DNA of 62,959 nt, the filler included, from Hyphochytrium catenoides (Eukaryota; Protista; Hyphochytriomycota): assembly GCA_900088475.1 (NCBI GenBank). It is 14 parts of 14 records of this genome, joined end to end, with 100 filler letters (N's around TTAATTAATTAA, not from the genome) between each part and the next. Parts side by side here need not be neighbours in the genome. Positions count along the whole stretch, not along the records: positions 11,647 to 38,282 come from FLMG01004113.1; 13 more parts are not named here. One strand, written 5' to 3'. How positions within the stretch are numbered: the stretch's first letter is position 1; every line of letters starts with the position of its first letter. Shown here piece after piece: positions 12,704 through 24,900 of the stretch. A program made the position numbers and the translations under genes. The notes below the pieces were generated by a model. It was not told where the DNA came from and did no database searches. It saw only the letters and a program-made list of their open reading frames with translations.

Positions 12704-13760
12704 ACATGAGAGAGAGAGAGAGAGAGCACAAGGGAGAGAGAGAGAGAGAGAGAGCGTACGTGAGAGACAGAGAAAGAGAGAGGCAGGAGGTACAGAAAGC
12801 GAGAGGGAGACAGCCTGATTCTTGAAAAAGCAAGCAGAGAAAACATCTAGGAAGAGAGGAGGTGAGGGGTCGAACAGACAGAAGCTGAGAGTGGTCATGA
12901 TAGCACTGCGGCAACGATGGAGAGGTTTAAAGAAAGAGAGACCGAGAGGGAGAGAGAGAAAGAAATGAGAGAGAGACAGGACCAGAGTGAGAGAGAGAGA
13001 GAGCGAAAGAAGGCAAGAGCGAAAGAGAGNNNNNNNNNNNNNNNNNNNNNNNNNNNNNNNNNNNNNNNNNNNNNNNNNNNNNAAAGAGTAAAAGGGAATG
13101 GGGTCTGTGCCGGCGAGAGGAAGACAGAGTAGAGGACGGAAAGAGGGAGAATGAGAGAGACCGAGAGAGAGGGAGAGTGAGAGATCCCACCTTCTTCCTT
13201 TCTGCGTCACAAGCTTTAGCGTCTCAATCTTCCCATAGGCAGAGAACTCAACGAGAAGATCAGCCTCAGAAACATTTGCAGCCACGTTTCCTATGTGAAG
13301 ACAACGAGAGGAAGGGACAGAAGAGGAGGAAGAGACGTGTCTCTCTCTCTCTCTCTCTCCTCCCTCTCCTATTCCTATGGGGAAGGAGGAGGGAGAGACG
13401 CGGAGGCTGGAAGAGACGGAAGAAGAGGCCGAGAGAGAGAGAGATGCGCTTCCTTCTGTCTCCAAGCCTCCGCGTTGTTGTTGAGAGACAATCCTCGTCG
13501 CTCCTCTCTCTCCTCCTCCTTCTCCTCCTCCTCCCTCAGCCTGAGAAGAAGCGAGAGACGAAGAGAGAGAGGTCCCGAGTGTAGAAGAGAGAGAAGAGGA
13601 AGAGAGAGCAGAAGAGAGTCTTCCCTTTCCTCCTGAAGGGAAGGCAGTGGGAGCCTGAGGTGGACTGATGGATTCTAAGGTTGAGACGTTTAAGGCGTGA
13701 TCGGGAGCCAGACCCACACAGTCACTCTTAGGGATCCGCTGGACAGAGAAGACCTAGGAG

Positions 13761-13805
<45 letters not shown>

Positions 13806-14679
13806 GCAGAAAGACATGAAGAGAGAGAGAGGAACAGAAGGAGTAGGAAAGAGAGAGAGAGAGGAACAGAAGGAGTAGGAAAGAGAGAGAGAGAGAAGAG
13901 AGGGAGAAAGACATGAAGAGAGAGAGAGAGAAGGAGTAGGAAAGAGAGAGAGGGAGAGAGGCAGAAAGACATGAAGAGAGAGAGAGAGGAAGAGAAGGAG
14001 TAGGGGAGAGAGAGAGAGAGAGTAGAGAGAGAGAGAGAGAGAGAAGACGAAGTTAGAGCTTTTTGTGCGAAAGTGAGTCTATTCGCCCAAGTACCAGACG
14101 GTATAGGAGAAGAAGAAAGAGAGAGCGCGATGGAGAGAGTTCCAAGCTGACTAGCAGGTGAAGCAAAAGAAGAGCACTTTCGGTCTGTTGTGCGATGCAA
14201 CAACCAGCGGACAGAGGATAATCAAGAAACATTTCTCCGAAAAACCTCTCTCTCTCTCTCTCTCTCNNNNNNNNNNNNNNNNNNNNNNNNNNNNNNNNNN
14301 NNNNNNNNNNNNNNNNNNNNNGCCTTCAGACGGCGGGCGGGACAGTCCACTAACACTTGATAAGCACAGCGGAGCACCTGCAGGTGGACAGCAGGAGAGG
14401 AAGAAGACTTGCTGGCGGTGGAAGAGAGACGAGAGAGAGAGAGAGAAGAGGAAGAGTGAGAGAGAGAAGAGGAAGAAGAAGAGAGAGAAGGTGGAGGAGG
14501 GTGCAGTTGGTGGCTGGGAGGGAGGAGAGAAGAGGGAGGAGGGGAAAGAGAGAGAGAAGTCCCCGCTAGAGCGCTGGGAAGAAGCGGAGCGGAGTGATGA
14601 TAGGGAAGAGACTTCGTGCCGGTAGCTCCTCCAGGGTAGCTGTGGAGAAAAGAGAGGAGAGAGAGAGAGAGAAGAGAGG

Positions 14680-14723
<44 letters not shown>

Positions 14724-17700
14724 GAGAGAGAGAGAAAGGGAGAAAGAGAGAGAGAGAGAGAAAAAGGGAGAAAGAGAGAGAGAGAGAGAGGAGAGAGAGA
14801 GAAGAGAGAGGAAAGAGACATGAGAGGAGAAGACAGAGTGAAGAAAAGAGGAAGAGCCACAGGTGAGTAAGAGATTATTGAAAGCCAGAAAGAGAAAGAG
14901 AGAAAGAAGTATGAGAAGGGGAGGCCCCCGATAGCATCGAGTAGCAAGGAACAGAACAGAGAGAGGCGATCGAAGGTCCGCTACCATCGAGAGGTAAGCG
15001 AGAGAGACACACAGAAAGAGAGAGAGGAAAGAGAGGAAGAGAAAGGAAGAGAGAGAAAGAGAGAGAGAGAGAGAGCGGGGAAGACAGAGAGAGGTGAGAG
15101 AGAGAGAAAGAGAGAGAGAGCGAGAAGAGAAAGAAAGAGAAGAGACTAAGGCAGAGATGTAGGATCTTACACTAGCGGTCCATTTCCTCTTCCTAGGAGA
15201 TAATCGCCACCATGAGTGGGAGGAAAAGAGAGAGAGAGTCCTGTTCGTCCGTGACTCTCTTCTCTTTCTCCTCTCGCTCGTCTCTTGACGAAGATGTGGT
15301 TGAAAGGCGGATCGTTCTTCAGCTCAAAGCGGTCAGGGAACGCCGCGAGGAGCGGAGTAAGGCCGCCAAATTTGCCTGGGAGGTAAGAGAGAGAGAGCAA
15401 AGAGAGAGAAGAGAGAAAGAGAGAGAGAAAGAACAACAGAGGAGCCGTTACTACGAAGATAGGGACAGACAAAGAGGCTCTTGGCGCATGAAGGACCTTT
15501 AGAAGAAATCCAACAAAAGCTTAGAAAGAGAGAAGAAGAAGAGAGAGAGAGAGAGAGAAACAGAGAGCGAGAGAGAGGGAGAGGAGAGACCACTTACTCT
15601 TGATGCTTTTATACAGCATGGAATTAGCGCTTGCCAGAGCGCTCCCTAGGTTGGCGCCAATAATTCTCCCGCCATGCTGAAGGATGACACTTTCAATCCA
15701 GAGAGAGAGTCTCTCCACTTCTTCTCTCTCTCTTTCTCTCTCGTCTCTCCCTCTCTCGAATGCTTTCTCCCTCTCTCCTGCCTCTTCCACTCCAGTAGTC
15801 TGGAGATACATAGAGTCAGTAGCAGACTGAGAGACGTCTCTCCGGAGACCGTAGAAAGGGTCAGAAGCGTACAGAAGAGACGGAGAAGAAGAGAAACGAT
15901 GTTCCTCTCCTGCTCCTCTTCGCTCTGTTTCTGAGGCCTGCTGGGAAGCAAAGGAGAGAGAATGGGAAGAGACTCCAACAGAGTTGTCTCTCCCTCCTGC
16001 GCCTGGTCCTCCTCTATCGGGAAAAGAGAGAGAAGCGCTTATCTCTTGATGATGGAGAGAGAGAAAGGGAGAAGAAGAGTGGTGCCTGCTTTCCTTCTCT
16101 TTCTCAAAATAGCGTGACACGCCAGCGGAGAGAGGAAGAGAGGGAGACGGGAGAGGGAGAGAGGCAGAGGAAGAAGGAGGCACCAGCTGCTGAAAGGACT
16201 GCTCTGCAGAAGGAGGAGGAGGAAAAGAAGGAGAGAGAGACGCCTGAGTATAGAAATTTCTCTCTTCTCTCTCTCCTCCAGCTCCATCCGTCAGATAAAC
16301 ATAGTCTCTCTCTCTTCTCTCTTCTCTTCGAGGTTTCTCTCCTTCTCCTCTTAACGGTCCAGGGGGATAGGCGAAAGCGCCAAAGGCCATGAGAGAGGAA
16401 GGAGGAGAAGAGGAAGAGAGAGAGGTTGGAAGAGAAGAGGAAGAGAGAAAGTGCTCTCCTCCACTTCCTCCTCCTCCCAAGGGATGATGGGGGAGAGGAG
16501 AGACAAACTCTACTCCGCTGTTGGTGGGAGAGGGAGAAGAGGAAGTGGAGAAAGAGGCAAAAGAGTAGCGAGAGGAAGAGAGAGGAGTCTTTTCTGAAGA
16601 AGAGGAAGCGAGAGAAGAGGACGGATTACCGAGGAAAAGAGAAGAAGAAGAGGAAGAAGGGAAGGAGGTCGAGGGAGGGAGAGCTTCTCTCTCGGGTCCG
16701 CTGGGAATGAAAGTAGGAGACTTCCAGAGGTCCAAAGTCTAGGTAGGAGAGAGGGAGAGTGATATGGAAGAAAGAGTGTTAGCAGAAGAAGAGAGAGTGA
16801 GAGACAGGAGAAGAGAAAAAGACGGAGAGAAGCATGAGATCAGGGGAGAGAAACCGAATGACTGATAGAGTGAAAGAAGACACAAAAAGAGAGCTTGAGA
16901 CAGAGGAGAAGAGAAAAAGAAAGAGTGTGTACCAGAAAGAAAGAAAGAGAGAGAGACGAAGAGAGAGAGAGAGAGAGACACACACAGAAAGAGAGAGAGA
17001 AAGAAAGAGAGAGAAGACTACCTGGGGCACTATGTGCGTCTCCTTAGGGCCCAAATACTGACTGTGCGCCCCTCTTCCGCTTCCCGCTTCCATTTCTCTC
17101 TCTCTTCTCTCTCCTTCTCCCGGTTCTCTCACTTCTGAAAGTCCTTGAAGCAAGAGCTTCATATCTAGAGCGTTCTCCCTTCCGCTGTTATCTTCTGCGG
17201 TTGAAGGCTCTGTCTCGTTGTTTTCTTCATCTATCTTCCCCACTACTCGTTTGGATCCTTCCTGCAAAACTTCTCTTGGCTCTTGCTCTATCGTTCGCTG
17301 CTCTGATAAAAGTTCTTTATAGGAAAAGTTTGACGGCGAGAGAGAGAGAAAGATGGAGAAGAGAGAGAGAGAGTGAGCAATTTTGCGGAGAGGCTAGCAA
17401 TGGTCAATGTCTATCTCTAATCTAGCAGGATTGCTTGTCACTCCATACACCTGTCTCTCTTTCTCTTCTTCCCTTTCTTCTCTACCTGTGTTCGCTCTCT
17501 CTCCACTCTTCGCTCTCTCTCTCTCTCTCTCACTCTCTCTCTCTCTCTCTGACTGTCTCTCTCTCTCTTGAGACTTCCCATCTCTCTCTTCCTTCATCAG
17601 TCTCTGAGAGTGCCACGGACCTGATTCGGTTTCAGCTTTCAGAGGACCAGCGCTTGAGTTCGGCGTGGGAAGAGGTAGAAAGCTCGCTACTTTCTCAGCG

Positions 17701-18367
17701 GTCTTCTCTTTCTCTTTTGTCTCTTCCTGAATGGCGCTCTCTCTTTTCTTTCTCGCTCTTTCTGCCCACACGCCCATAGGCATTGGGCCGAGGCGAATGG
17801 GAATGGGAGCACCAACTGGTCCATTTTCTTTCTCACCTCCTCTCTTTCTCTCCATTGGCATCAGGCAAACAAAAGAGAAAAGGGCACCAGCGAAGAGAGA
17901 AAGAGGCTCACCTACTCTTCTCTTTTCTCTCTCTTTCCAAGTCTCCTGACACACTCTAAGGGTAAGCAATAATCTCTCTCTCTCACTTTCATAGAGCTCC
18001 AGAAAGAGAAACGAGCTCCTCTGTCGTTTTTTCTCTCTCTGTATCCTCTTTCTTGGCCCTGTCTCCACTGCTAATTAAAGCTCTCACGTGACAGAAAGCT
18101 CTTCGAAACCCATTGGAAGGGCTTACAAGAAGTCTGTGTATGGTCCCACCTTGCCCCTTTCTCTCTCTCTCTCTGTGTCTCTCTCCGGGTTATGATAGCA
18201 ATGATGGAAGAGGAGCGAAGATGGGCCGCAAGCTCCTCAGATTCTTGGATGCGCTGGAAAGCTGAAAAATGTGGATAGCTTTCAGGGCAGCTCTCCATAG
18301 AGTCGCCCGTTGAATATCTTCTATTTCTCTCTCTCACGCTCTCCCTCACATTATCTCTCAAGCTCTT

Positions 18368-18428
<61 letters not shown>

Positions 18429-18879
18429 CGTGTCTCTGTCTAACAGTCTAAGCACGTTTGTCTCCTAAACCCCTCCCTTTAACCCAGAACCTCGCCGTCC
18501 CCTCAATCTCTCGCTCTCTCTTCCTTGATGTCTGTGACTGATAGCCTCATTCTCTAGAGATATCTCTCTTGCAAACCCACCGTGGCAAACTCATCGTTTC
18601 TTCTCCCATCTCTCTCTTTACCCTTCTTTCTCTTATGGCTGTCTTTCTCATCTCTTTCTCTATTATAGACTCTCTCGCTCTCTCCTCTTCTCGCTCTCTG
18701 TCTCTCTCTCTCTTGTCTGTTTATCTTGTCAGTGTATAGGAGGGAAGTCAGGCGCCTTCCCTCTCTCTCTCGCCTCTCGTACGGCAATACCGTTTTACAG
18801 TAAAGCATCTCTCCAAGGGGAGGTCTGAGTGGGCTGTTCTGGTTTCTATAGGTAGTAGAATCTCACCCTCCAGCGGCAT
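12069..18879 (-). CDS. Large low-complexity protein with OST-HTH/LOTUS-like and RRM domains (3' partial; 5' exons uncertain)
   Basis: Well-supported GT-AG exons: 16738-15598, 15375-15171, 14639-14378, 13753-13191, 12642-12069. Splicing rebuilds LSLWIESVILQHGGRIIGANLGSALASANSMLYKSIK|SKFGGLTPLLAAFPDRFEL (winged-helix OST-HTH-like) and CLHIGNVAANVSEADLLVEFSAYGKIETLKLVTQKGR|RFAFVNFTTVEEAENAKSAL (RRM RNP2/RNP1). Exons between about 17020 and 18879 are plausible but weaker. Confidence 0.75.
13800..14025. repeat. Intronic minisatellite built on microsatellite
   Basis: Alternating cores aaagacatgaagagagagag (3 copies) and aaggagtagg(aaa)gagagag (4 copies). Confidence 0.8.
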
Positions 18880-18943
18880 AAGCTGTCCTTCTCTCTCTCT
18901 CTGTCTCTGTCTGTCTCTCTGTCTCTCTTTGTCTTTTTCTCTC

Positions 18944-18976
<33 letters not shown>

Positions 18977-19229
18977 GTCTCTTCTCTCTCTCTCTCCCCT
19001 TCTCTCCCTTGTCTATGCCTCTCCTCTCTCTGTCTCTATTCTTTAGCTAATTCGCTCTCGCTGTCGCCTTTTCTCAGCTCTACCTTTGCTCATATTCCCT
19101 TCTTTCCCCTGTCACCTTAACCCTCTCTGGCACACTTGCCGCTCTCTCTTACCCAAAAGTACATCTCTTTCTCTCTCTCTTGCCTCTCTCCTTCCTTCTA
19201 CCCTTTGCCTCTGTCTATCTCTGTGTTGT

Positions 19230-19267
19230 GTCTCACGTGCCCTTCGAGTCTCACGTGCCCTTCGAGT
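19230..19267. repeat. 18-bp tandem duplication containing CACGTG
   Basis: gtctcacgtgcccttcga occurs twice in tandem, upstream of the minus-strand LOTUS/RRM gene. Confidence 0.85.
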
Positions 19268-20485
19268 GTTTCCATGGTAAGCGCCTCTACTACTTCTCCT
19301 GCTTCTTTGTCTCTCGTTCCTTCGTCAATATGTCTGTCTCGATACTAATATTTCATTGTCTTTTCCCCCACAATTCTATCCTCTCTCTATGTCGATCACG
19401 GAACTTCCTGGACCATATCTGGACGCAAGTTTTCCATTCTCTCTTTCTCTCGCTCCCACTCTGTCTCCCTCTCTGTCTATCTATCTATCTTTCTTTCTTT
19501 GTCTCTGTGTCTCTCTCTCTCCTCCAGCCTGTCCTCTCTCTTTCTCTCTGGCACCCGTTAGAACTCTTTGTTAGAAACGGTACTCTATCTCTCTTTATCA
19601 CCTTCGCGGTTGTTATCTAGTAGACCTGGTACTTTCAGACGGTTGAGAAAGGCCCGCAGTGTTGTTTATAATACTCTAAATAACCTTGTCACTGTACCCA
19701 GGAAGGTACTTGGACAAGCACAAGTACACCAAGGTACAAGTATGACACCCCTAACTTCTATATAATAGACAGCGGGCAGGTCTAGCGAATCACTGGCAGT
19801 CAGCAAGACTTGAGACTTGTACTTGTATTATAAGTGGTGCGGTACTGGACTCACTAAGAAGATGCCACCGAATGTAGCTCTCGAGCTCTATCGTAGGTCT
19901 TGCTGAGTAGGATGGAGATGTTATTTTTTTTATGGCAGTTATATATTGTATTTTCTAACGGCCTGTCTCTCTATTTGTTTTCATCTTCTTGTTTGACGCT
20001 CCTCACTTTTCGCGGCTGGTCAAGACTACTACGGAGTATCTTATTAGCGTTCTGTTATGTAGAACTTTTACCGTTTAGTCCCTGCCCGCATTCTTACTGG
20101 ATGTTCGTTGGCGTTGGCCTCTCCCCTGTCCGTCCTTCTTGAACTCGCGATCTCTGTTTCTTTGTGTCTCTTTTTCTTTCCTTTGCCCTCCTTCCCCACT
20201 TTTATCCTCCTCTTCCCAAGTCCTTCCTTTCTTTCTCTCTCTCTCTCTCTCTCTNNNNNNNNNNNNNNNNNNNNNNNNNNNNNNNNNNNNNNNNNNNNNG
20301 AAACTGGAAAGTTACGAAAGTCCTTACTGCAAAATAAGTAATGGTTTGAGCTGTATGTTAGAGCCCAATCCTTTTCTCCTACATTTGATAGTTTCTGTGA
20401 AAGTTTGCACGCTTGCTTCTCTCCACCTATGCTCAATGCTCAACCCTTCTACAAGTTTAATTATAAAAAGTACTTGTACTTACTA

Positions 20486-21004
20486 AACAGCCTTTGGGAG
20501 CTTGCTTTTCTATGAAGAAGTAGAAAACCAGACAACCTTCAAGATAACAGTTGATCTACTCTGATAGGATGGGTGGGTCTACTCATTCCGGCAACAGCGC
20601 ATTCATAGTACTTGTACTAGTAGACTAGGACTACTGTTTTACTCTAGGAGTTGCTTCTACAGTAGATGACAGGTGATGGTGGGTAGGTGGAGGGTACGTG
20701 ATCTATTTATAATTCTTCAACAAGTAGTAGCTCTGCAAGTAGACAGTACAAGAAGTACAAGTACAAGTATTACTTGGTTCTTGCTGCCGCTGCCGTGGTG
20801 CGCGCCAAACGAAGATGATGCGCCGCCCAGCAGCGCGCGCTCCAGCGCTCCTGATGATGAACTGCTGAGAATGAGGCCAAAGATCATCAGTAGACTCGTA
20901 GCAGCACAGAGAGAGAGAGCTAGGGCAAGAGCCGTCTTCCCTCTTTGACGTGACCCTGCTGCACGTCCCGTCTTCTGGAACAACTAACTGGCTGCACCTT
21001 CCAT
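20486..21004 (-). pseudogene. Decayed type-II membrane-protein-like gene
   Basis: MEGAAS*LFQKTGRAAGSRQRGKTALALALSLCAATSLLMIFGLIL...GSKNQ|gtaata...gaag|VVWFSTSS*KSKLPKAV|gtaagt. It has a basic N-terminus followed by one hydrophobic helix. Both stops are TAG (20984-20986, 20510-20512). Confidence 0.4.
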
Positions 21005-21268
21005 CGTCGAACCCTTGCCAAGGCGCAGCAGTATAGTCAGGAACTGACTCCTACTTCTTCCTCCTGGAACCAAGACCGAGATACTAGTACGGGAGAGTGG
21101 GTGCACAATTTCTGTTAGGACAGAAAGCTTGAGTCGAGAGCGTCCTCGGAGGGAAAGGCGGGGATTGCGCACACAGCCCCATCGTAAAGAAACTAGAATG
21201 TAAAGGAGTCAAAGGTGTGACCGTCCTCCTGTGCATCTGCCATTCTTATGGCGTGGTGGTCTCCCCAA

Positions 21269-22364
21269 TTATCTTCTTTCCGACTCCTGGGTAGATCTGA
21301 AGCCCAGTAAGATAAGGACTTAGTAAAGCCCTAAGCGTATCAGACATGAGGCCACTTACCCAGCCTCCGATCCTTCAGCTATGCCCATTGTGGCCAAGAT
21401 CACCTCTAGGGAGAAAGAGGAGACAAACTGGCTCTCTGAGCTCAGTAGCAAAGGGCTACGAAGAGAAAAAGAAATAGATAGAGGGAAGATAGAACGCACG
21501 TGGGTTAGAGAGGGAAGGATACCATTGCAGACAGAGGGAAGAAGAAAAAGTTAGCGAAGGAGGAAGAGAAGAGCGCTCCTGAAGTTCGTCCACTACTTCA
21601 TTGCAACCAAGTTAGAAGTATAGATGGAAGTCGGCTGCAGAAGATTTCACATCTTCAACTAAAGAGCAATGTAATGACAAAGCCACCAAGTAAGGAGTCA
21701 TCGTGGGGGAGAGTGCTAAGGACAAGAAAGGAAAGCCGACACCTAAAGAAAGAAAGAATGATAGGGTTCAAAATCTTGCTAGAGAAGGGAACAAGGAGGT
21801 GATAGTCTCACGAATTGCCCAAGGAAAGAGAGCCATTATTAGAGGAGGAGAAGGAACAGGGTAAAGGAAAAGGCTTAGGATGGGGTACTCACCTCCCCGT
21901 CGTGTCAAAGAGCAGAGAAATTTCATCTATGCCCGACACTTCACAGAAGGACAAAGCTGCCTAGTTGAGGGAGGACAAGGGGAGGGACACAGGTGCCAGT
22001 CGGCCTTGTGAGCGGAAAGACAACAAAAAGAAAGAGGAAGATCGGAGGAGGAAGGGCAAGGAAAAAGTAAGAAAAGAAGTAGAGATAGAGCCAAGCTCCA
22101 GGCCCTAGGATTTGCACCAAGTACTAGCAGACGAAACCAACCTTGAATTCCTTCAGGCAGAACGTGAGATAGGCGGGCGCGGAAAGTGTAAACTGATAGG
22201 TGCTCATCTCCTCAATGTTCATCTTCATAGATGTGTTTAGCACAGACTTCCCTGGTGAGGAGCGAAGCATAGGTGAGCATGGATCGGAGACCGCGGTGTC
22301 GAGGATAAGTCGGTGAGAGTGAAGCTGTAAATACCACGGAGGAGAGACACAGCGCGAGAGAAGG

Positions 22365-22420
<56 letters not shown>

Positions 22421-24490
22421 GAAGTTGAGAGAGGAAAGGAGCGAATCTTTCTAAGGTGGTGCCTGAGGTATAGCCACAATTTCCCTGGAAGCAGGCAGAC
22501 TGCACCTTATCACCCATTTACTCTACTTTCAGTCCCCTTATCTCTCTGTTCTCCCTCTCTGCGTCGCTCTTTTCGCCTACCTTGTTCGTGAGGGCTAACA
22601 TTATGATAGGTCTTCAGGGAAAGATCCGTGGGAGAGGCGATGATCGTGATCTCATCGGTTCCGTGGATGTGATCAAGGATGGACTGTAGATAGTGCACTC
22701 GAGAGGAGATCCTATAAAAATCAGAGAGAACAAAGAGGTCCAAGAAGTAGAGGAGACAGCACCACTTAGTGCTTTACTAAAGAAGGAGGGAAAAGGGAGA
22801 AGAAGGAGAGAGAGACAAGAAGTGAAGAGAAGGAGAATAGACAAAGGAATCTCTGAGCCAGGGAAGGAGTTAATAATCCTGGTGAAGCTTGGGCTAGAAA
22901 AAGTGAGCGCAGAACTTACTTGTTCGCGGCAGCATCTTTATCAAAGACTGCCTGCATAGCCTTGCACTCCTCTATGTTAAACCGATGAGTCTTGGTAATC
23001 TCTGCCAAGAAGGAGAGAGGGCGATGGAGTGCGTTTACAAAGCGGAAGAGGCGTCTGTGCGCAGAAAGAAAGCGAAGCTAAGATGTGTGCGAGATGACGA
23101 AAGAGAGAAAACAGCGAAAGAGAGAATAAGAACTAGGACATAGCCTTCGTACAAACAAAAACGACAGCGAGCAGAGAAGGTTAGAGTAAGAACCCGAGAC
23201 AATGGGGAGCGAATCATTTGAGAAAAGAGAAGAAAGAGATTGAGACGAACCCCAACGCGGAGAATGGGCAAGTAGAGAAAGGTGGTTGACCATCATCACA
23301 CTCGAAGACAAAGATGAGCCAAGTCTGCGAGTAGGCCAGAGAGCTGCTGCCCTGAGATTTCTGTTCCAATGGAATGTTTGAGGTCTCCAAGAGGATACGC
23401 AGGCGGTTTACGCGCTTCAGGTGACGGAAAGCGTTCTGACAGAACTGGACGCAGAAGAAGCAAGCGGTAGGAAAGAAGAGTTGAGGAGGCAAGCATAAGA
23501 GAGCGAACAAGGAGAGAGATACTACTCTTTGATACACCGTGGCAGAGAGAGAAAGACAGTTGAAGAGAGTGAACGAGCTGTAGGCCATCTTGGAGAGTAA
23601 GGAGTCCAATAGCAGAGGACCAAAGAGAGAAAAGATCCATGACGCCATGCTTTAGTGATGAGCCGACTGCCATGGAGAGGGGATGTGCATGCAATAGAAA
23701 GAAGACAAGCGCGCAAGTGAGAGGGATTAGTAGGCAGGTTAAACTTAGACTGAAAGCTAGAACTCTGTATCGCCTTCCAACCTTAACCAGTAGCTTGCAA
23801 ATGACTGTCCTCCCGTTCTCCGGCGGCCGATAAGACTCAAAGAAAGCTGTCAGGGGACGAACAAGAGAGAAGAAACGCGTTTGGGTGTGAGGAGAGGACT
23901 CGTGGAAGCGAGAAGAGGACGTGAGAGAGAGTGAGAGAGAGAGAGAAAGCGACGGAGAGACTAGCTAACAGACATCAAAGAGAGTTAGGACAGGCCTTAG
24001 GCCTGGAACAGGAATGGAGTTTCTTGTGGGCAGATATCTCCTACCCTGTCCATCTGTCCTTCTGTCACTCTTGAAGTGGAAGACAGCAAAGGCTGATTTT
24101 GAGTCATTCAGTACTCGGATGGTGATCTAGAGAGAGAAGAGAGAGAGAGAGANNNNNNNNNNNNNNNNNNNNNNNNNNNNNNNAGAGAGAGAGAGAGAAA
24201 AGAGGGAGTGGGGAGAGAAAGAAGAGGAGAGTCAGCGGCCGAGGAGGGATCAGGACAAGCGCATGAGACACTGACTGAATGAAGGAGACACGCACTGCGA
24301 GAGAGACAGAAAGCTAGAAAATATCTTAGTATGCTTCTAAGAGGAGAAAGGGTCATACTCCTTCTTCATCAAACTCTAGAAAGAGCTCTTTGGATATCTT
24401 GGCTGTGCACTGGATAGCAGAAGCAAATATCTTCCCGTGCTGCGGCGTTAGGGTGCAGTGCATAAGGGTCTCCACTTCAGCACTCTTCAT
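21269..24490 (-). CDS. RAD9: Cell-cycle checkpoint clamp (9-1-1) subunit Rad9
   Basis: Ten GT-AG exons: 24490-24359, 24126-24069, 23846-23782, 23444-23291, 23001-22920, 22711-22581, 22251-22142, 21960-21893, 21455-21360, 21296-21269 (last uncertain). Motifs: KIFASAIQCTAKISKELFLE, RVLNDSKSAFAVFHF, ITKTHRF, TFCLKEFKAALSFCE, G(S)PLLLS...EVILAT. Confidence 0.9.
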
Positions 24491-24854
24491 CTTCTGACTT
24501 AAACCGCACTACAGAGCCAATTCCTTGATAGAAGAGGCAGGTAATCAAGCAAACGCCTAGGTCATGCAGCCTCTACGATCAGGCGTAGACGACGTCCCCA
24601 AGCACCAGTACAGTCAGCGGGGTTATCAGCTCGTTATGCGCTCCGAGTGAATCTTCTTTCAATTGCAGAGGGTCTTCAGGCTCATGATGCCTTGTAACCA
24701 AACTCCTTTATCAATGACTTGCAAAGGCTAGAGTAAGGCCCTGAGAGCAGGACCGAGCTTCCCCTTTCTAGAGACGCAATAAATCTCCGCCAGACAGCGA
24801 TGGAAAGCTCTGAAACGAAAATTCTTGCCCCAAAATAAGTAAATCAGAAACCCA

Positions 24855-24866
24855 TTCCCGCCAAAA
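24855..24866 (-). promoter_or_regulatory. E2F-type site upstream of RAD9
   Basis: TTTTGGCGGGAA on the minus strand, about 365 bp upstream of the RAD9 ATG. It matches the E2F consensus, and checkpoint genes are typical E2F targets. Confidence 0.5.
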
Positions 24867-24877
24867 CCCACCTCTAG

Positions 24878-24900
24878 CTGTCAAATACGCAATTTGACAG
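24878..24900. promoter_or_regulatory. Perfect 9-bp inverted repeat in the RAD9/ARM divergent intergenic region
   Basis: CTGTCAAAT-acgca-ATTTGACAG, with further GTCAAA/TTGACA half-sites at about 24949-24993. Confidence 0.5.

Noticed and set aside
19619-20583. 8-bp inverted pair agtagacc/ggtctact as element termini
   Set aside because: Too short, and there is no target-site duplication.
20984-20986. TAG reassigned to Gln (alternative genetic code)
   Set aside because: I found no in-frame TAG in the conserved exons of the intact genes, and TAG terminates hisC, the 2OG oxygenase and TauE at the expected C-termini. Mutation explains the pattern better.
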